Shown in pieces: positions 59,419 through 64,000 of a DNA stretch of 64,000 nt (its first letter is position 1; every line of letters starts with the position of its first letter). The notes beneath the pieces were generated by a model that saw only the letters and a list, made by a program, of their open reading frames with translations, was not told where the DNA came from and did no database searches. The stretch is from Schizochytrium sp. TIO01 (taxonomy: Eukaryota; Protista; Bigyra: Labyrinthulomycetes). The DNA is taken from contig SMSO01000035.1 in assembly GCA_004764695.1 (NCBI GenBank), positions 3,670,040-3,734,039 on the forward strand, written 5' to 3'. The translations under genes and the position numbers were made by a program.

Positions 59419-60729
59419 GCAATTTTCATTTAACATTGAAACGATGGGCTGTTACGATCGTGATCGGCTCGGAGCCACGTCTCGGACGGCTGCGGAGGAC
59501 GGGAGGGCGCCCAGAAGGCCTCCCAGGGCGCCCGGCCCGACCCAGACGGACGCAGAGAGGCCCGCCACATCCCTGCGGCCAGGCTCGCGCAGGGTCCTGG
59601 CACCTCCTCCATGGCCTCGAAGGGCATTTTGCTTCTTTCTCTCTGTTTCCCTCTTTGTTCAAAGGAGACCTTTTCACCTTTTCAGAGGAAGAGATGAATG
59701 AATGAATGAATGAATGAATGAATATATATAATATAATCGATCCCAACCCATCGATAGATTTAGACGATCGATGGGAAACTTGCAGTCGAACTCTGCGCTC
59801 CGGGCATGGGGTGTTCGAGGAAATGCGGAGCTTTGGAAAGAGCAGGAGCTTATGCTGCTTGGATCTTGGATCTTGGATTTGGTTTTGGTTTTGGTTTTGG
59901 TTTTAGTTTTGAGCGAGGAAAGCTGAAGATAGATAATGCGTAGTCAAAGAAGACCGAGGTCTTTCTTGTGACGGATAGCAAAGAAGACGCACACACGTTC
60001 ATTCAGAGCGTGGATGTCATCGATCTCAGGTCAAGATTTATGCAGGCACCTTCCAAAGCGTCGCGCGGGGGCACGAAATGCTGGCCTTGAGGGCTGCTGG
60101 CAGGTGAAGTGGGTAGCAGGCAGCCCGACCATCGTGCGCATGCTCTGGTTGCAGGCGAGATTATTTTCATCAAATACGGTGCTCCTTCAGAAGGCGGGGA
60201 AATCACGAATGACCTCGTATCACTCCACAGAGGGTCTTTCATTGCTAACCGTAAGGTGAGTAACACCCCGGCAGAAGAGAACCCGACCCTCCAAATAGAA
60301 AAGTTGAAGTTGAAGAAAAGGAAAAGGAGAAAGACGCAGAGAATCCTACGAAGTTTTGGCCGACAGCATGTGTGAATGTGTGCATGCATGTATTCATGTA
60401 TCTATGTATCTATGTATCTATAATTTTATTATTCTATGAATCTATGGATCTATGTACGTATGTGTACGTATGTATGCACACATGGGATATCTGGATGCAA
60501 GAGTGGTCACAGACAATAATTACTCTGGAATGCTGCCTCTCAAGATTCAAAGAGGGGTACTGGAATGGAGAATCCTTACACAATTATGAAAAATAGAATA
60601 GAATATAGAGCATTCGTGCACGGCAGATTGGATGACACGATTACTTTCACGTCCGGATAAGCAAAGATTGTAGAGATGCTTGGTAAAATCCCCATAAAAT
60701 CAGCCAGTATACTCTAGGAAGAGATGAAA

Positions 60730-63700
60730 TTATAGTTCATCCAGCATGAAGTCGATCAGCTCACTCAAATGCGCGTCGCGTTCACGAAGCGCACTAAATA
60801 CGGCACGCGCCTCGCTCTTGATGAAAGCAGACTGGGCAGAGATCCGGGCGCGACGCTTTTCTGCTTTCTTGGCAAGCCGTGCACTGTCACTTGCCTTCTT
60901 GAAAGCTTCGGCTGCTCGCTGCTCAGCAAAAGCGCGAGCAGCCTGAGATCTGGCCAAATCCTCGCGAAGCCTTGCGACCTCCTCCTGAACACCTGTTGAG
61001 ACAACAATAAGGCCATTAGGGAGCTTTCTAGCCTCAGACATGTGAAGCAGAGCAGCCGTGCCATCATTGTTTTTAACTCGCTCATGCTCAGTAGCCTTCA
61101 CAGAGCACCTCGCCATCTCAGCGTCATCTGAAACTTGGCCAACACCAGAAGTACGCCCAAACCTAGTTGGTAGTTTGGTGGATTTCTCATGTTGATTGGG
61201 TACACTGCGAAATTGAGACAGCTCTTTTCGAAGGAGGTCAACTTCAGCATCCCGTGCCCTGATCTCCTCTAGCAAGTGCGATGAACGCTTTGCATATGTG
61301 TTATCAATCTTTTCAAGCTCAGTCTGCGTATCCTCGAGCTGCTTACGCAAACGCCGATTTTGGCGACTGTACTGCTCTAGCTCAGCCTCAAAATTCGGTG
61401 CAGCGGTGCCATGTGAGACCTTCGTAGTCGCATTATTTTCTGAGATCACTAAAGGCAAGGCAGCAGCAGGGGTGGTGCACAACGGCCAAGCTTGTTGAAC
61501 TGTATCCACTTCAGCAAGTCCCTCTTCTTCGGAGAACTCACTTTCTAAACAAGTGTCGGTGTGAACTCTGCAAGCCTCAACAAGGGGAAGCGCTGCTGAT
61601 GGGATATGAGTGTTTCCTTCCGCCTCACTTAGCTTTGCCTCTAGCTTGCTAATAATTTCTAAATGTCCTAACAGGACCTCCGCCTGCTGTTTGCGTTCAT
61701 TCTCAACTTCAACATAACGATTCTGAAGGGTACAGAGTGAGCTGGATTTTTCTTCAATCTGAACTTCTAGATCCTTGTTTTTACTCATAAGAATATTTTT
61801 GCTTTCCTCAATCACTTGCATTTTCTCATGCAAGGCATTCTTCACTTTTTCGACTTCGTTATGCAAATTTTCGCATTCTTGAACTCTCTGGCTTAACTGT
61901 AGCTCTAAAGTAGCGAGATCCTCTTTATATTGCTCCGCCTCTGCATCATACATCTGTTTGTTTTCCTCAAAATGGGCTAGATTTTTTTCTAATACTGCTC
62001 TGCATGATTCAGATTCTGAAAGGTCGCTTTTAACCTGCTCCAGGTTGCTACGAAGATTCTCCACATCAGTCTTAGCGCGCGTATGTTCTTCTTCAAGGTG
62101 TTTTAGCTCCCTTTTTGTAAGCTCAAGCTTTGACAATGCTGATTGTTGTTCTTCATGAAGTTCTGCATGTTTTTTATTCATGAGGCTACGCTCTGCTTCT
62201 AAATTGTCTTGCGCAAGTTGCAGCTTTGTTACATAGTCTGCCTCGGTTTTCCTTTGTTCATTCAACAAGACCATCACTGCGGCTTTGTCACTATTCTGCT
62301 GCTCAGCGAAGTGAAGCCTTTCTGTTTCCAGCAGCTCACAAGTTTCTTTCAATTGATGCTTTAAATTTTCAATGTCAACCTTCAGTTGTGTTCCCTGTGC
62401 TCGCAGTGCAACATTTTCAGTCTTGAGTGCATCAATTTGAGCCTTTAGAACAGTGTGGAGCTTGTTATGCTGTTGTAATCTTGCATTTCGACACTTCTGA
62501 TCTTCTAAATCAAGTAAGAGCTGTGCATTCTCACCACGCAGTTGCAGTATAGCATCATTTGCCACACTACCCTCAGATTCCTCACGATGCTCATTCACAA
62601 CTTTTTGCTGAATTTTAGCGTTACAGCTACCTCCTAATAATACTGCATCAAAATCTCGATCTGAATTGGAAAGCACTTCACCATAACCTTGATAATTCGC
62701 AGCTTCCTCTCCATCCAAGCTCTGCAACTGCTCAAGCTTTCTTCGCGCGTCTTGTAGTCTGTGTTGCAGAGCTTGATTTTGTGCCCGTAGTACTATATCT
62801 TCCTCTGAACTGCCTTGTGTAGAGACTGCGCACTCTTGACTGCCACATTCATGAGACACTAAAGTCTGTCTCAACACAGCTACCTCTGCTTTGAGGTCTT
62901 CAACATTATATTCCAATTGCAAATTCTGCGCTTGAAGCGCCATACTCTCTGTTGTGGTCGAACTAGTGTATTCTGATTTCTCATCTCTTAAATCACTGAT
63001 TTGCGCGAGTGCATCTTCAAGCCGTTTGCGGAGGGTTTCGCTTTCACCTTGCAATTTTTTCTCTTCGTCACGGAGGCTTTGTACAATATTCTCCAACCTC
63101 TTTTTAGAATCAATTTCGCCACGCAGGCGATCAAGCTCAACTGTATCTCTCTCGTGCTCGCCTTGAAGTCGGGCAAGCCTCGCTTTGAGATCTTCGATAT
63201 CATATCCATGTTCTATGTTTTGCGCTCGAAGATCTGTATTTTCCCGCTCCAGATTCGTTTGCAACTCCTTGTGCATCGAAGCATGGTTTGATAGCTTGAC
63301 GTCTGCTTCATCAAGCTTTGTGGTAAGTGTTGACGCTTGATCCTGAAGTCTTAAGTTTTCTTCGCGAAGCATTCCAAGTTCTGCTTGTAAAGACAAGTTC
63401 ATATCGGACTTTGATTGCATCTCTGCGTCAGCTTTGGCCATCATACAGTCTTGTTCGTCTTTAAGCTTGGCGAATTCCGACTTTAGGTCCTCTACTTCAT
63501 AATGTAAATCCAAATTTTGTGCACGCAATGCAGTGTTTTCAGCGTTTAGGTCTTGCATTTTACTGTCTGTACTATCCTCCTGGTTCTGTGAGTGACTACG
63601 CAATTCATCCCTCTCAGTGCTGACCTCATGCAATTTCGAGCGAAGAGCAGTATTCTCTCCACTCAACTCTTCCACTTGCTCTTTTAGATACACACTCATT

Positions 63701-64000
63701 TCCTCCTTGTCACGCAATGCTTCAAGATCGCCTATTATGCGGTCGCGCTCTGCCTGGCCATTTGAAACATCTCCTTTTAGGTCCTCAATCACATACTCTA
63801 GCTCTAGATTTTGCGCTCGGAGTGCAGTGTTTTCTGCGTTCATCTCGACTATTTGATTTTGTAATTTATCATGCATGTTGTCAACCTGGATATTATCCGT
63901 ACTTTTCCCTAAAGTACTATTGAAGTTGTCTTTCACTTCGTTTAGGTCATTGTTCAGGTCAACCATTTCAGATTTCAATCTACTGTTTTCTTCGTCAAGT
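60730..64000 (-). CDS. Long coiled-coil protein with ~98-aa internal repeats, 5'-partial
   Basis: More than 1080 codons open, continuing to the window edge. Heptad-rich E/L/K/Q composition; recurring ENTALRAQNL.L.Y..EDLK. Confidence 0.85.
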   Translation of the reverse strand, partial: LDEENSRLKSEMVDLNNDLNEVKDNFNSTLGKSTDNIQVDNMHDKLQNQIVEMNAENTALRAQNLELEYVIEDLKGDVSNGQAERDRIIGDLEALRDKEEMSVYLKEQVEELSGENTALRSKLHEVSTERDELRSHSQNQEDSTDSKMQDLNAENTALRAQNLDLHYEVEDLKSEFAKLKDEQDCMMAKADAEMQSKSDMNLSLQAELGMLREENLRLQDQASTLTTKLDEADVKLSNHASMHKELQTNLERENTDLRAQNIEHGYDIEDLKARLARLQGEHERDTVELDRLRGEIDSKKRLENIVQSLRDEEKKLQGESETLRKRLEDALAQISDLRDEKSEYTSSTTTESMALQAQNLQLEYNVEDLKAEVAVLRQTLVSHECGSQECAVSTQGSSEEDIVLRAQNQALQHRLQDARRKLEQLQSLDGEEAANYQGYGEVLSNSDRDFDAVLLGGSCNAKIQQKVVNEHREESEGSVANDAILQLRGENAQLLLDLEDQKCRNARLQQHNKLHTVLKAQIDALKTENVALRAQGTQLKVDIENLKHQLKETCELLETERLHFAEQQNSDKAAVMVLLNEQRKTEADYVTKLQLAQDNLEAERSLMNKKHAELHEEQQSALSKLELTKRELKHLEEEHTRAKTDVENLRSNLEQVKSDLSESESCRAVLEKNLAHFEENKQMYDAEAEQYKEDLATLELQLSQRVQECENLHNEVEKVKNALHEKMQVIEESKNILMSKNKDLEVQIEEKSSSLCTLQNRYVEVENERKQQAEVLLGHLEIISKLEAKLSEAEGNTHIPSAALPLVEACRVHTDTCLESEFSEEEGLAEVDTVQQAWPLCTTPAAALPLVISENNATTKVSHGTAAPNFEAELEQYSRQNRRLRKQLEDTQTELEKIDNTYAKRSSHLLEEIRARDAEVDLLRKELSQFRSVPNQHEKSTKLPTRFGRTSGVGQVSDDAEMARCSVKATEHERVKNNDGTAALLHMSEARKLPNGLIVVSTGVQEEVARLREDLARSQAARAFAEQRAAEAFKKASDSARLAKKAEKRRARISAQSAFIKSEARAVFSALRERDAHLSELIDFMLDEL

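Noticed and set aside
59747-59775. Hairpin CCCATCGAT-N11-ATCGATGGG
   Set aside because: A 9-bp stem built on a palindromic core is expected by chance in 64 kb.

Overview
Eukaryotic, intron-poor genomic DNA with long microsatellite-rich intergenic tracts. Gene content and layout suggest a stramenopile protist such as a thraustochytrid; this is inference only. Recognisable genes: a partial MORN-repeat protein, a histidine-phosphatase family protein, SBDS/SDO1 with a C-terminal zinc finger, two tandem EGF-like+7TM receptor paralogues, MCM7, a PTS1-bearing acyl-CoA oxidase/dehydrogenase, UDP-glucuronate 4-epimerase, a Crinkler-type REase-like + (pseudo)kinase locus split by a frameshift, a spliced twin-CX9C protein, a membrane-anchored JmjC protein and a partial long coiled-coil protein. 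The best candidate for an undescribed system is 23994-26468. It encodes one polypeptide with a SAP DNA-binding motif, two tandem soluble ABC-ATPase domains (the first catalytically degenerate) and a C-terminal GNAT domain of the phage Mom-associated type. This could be a eukaryotic, chromatin-targeted, ATP-coupled nucleic-acid acylating enzyme. Other unusual signals are TpA-rich/ApT-poor patches upstream of genes and a 9-bp minisatellite with a degenerate relative 18 kb away. All calls come from reading motifs by eye; no searches were run.
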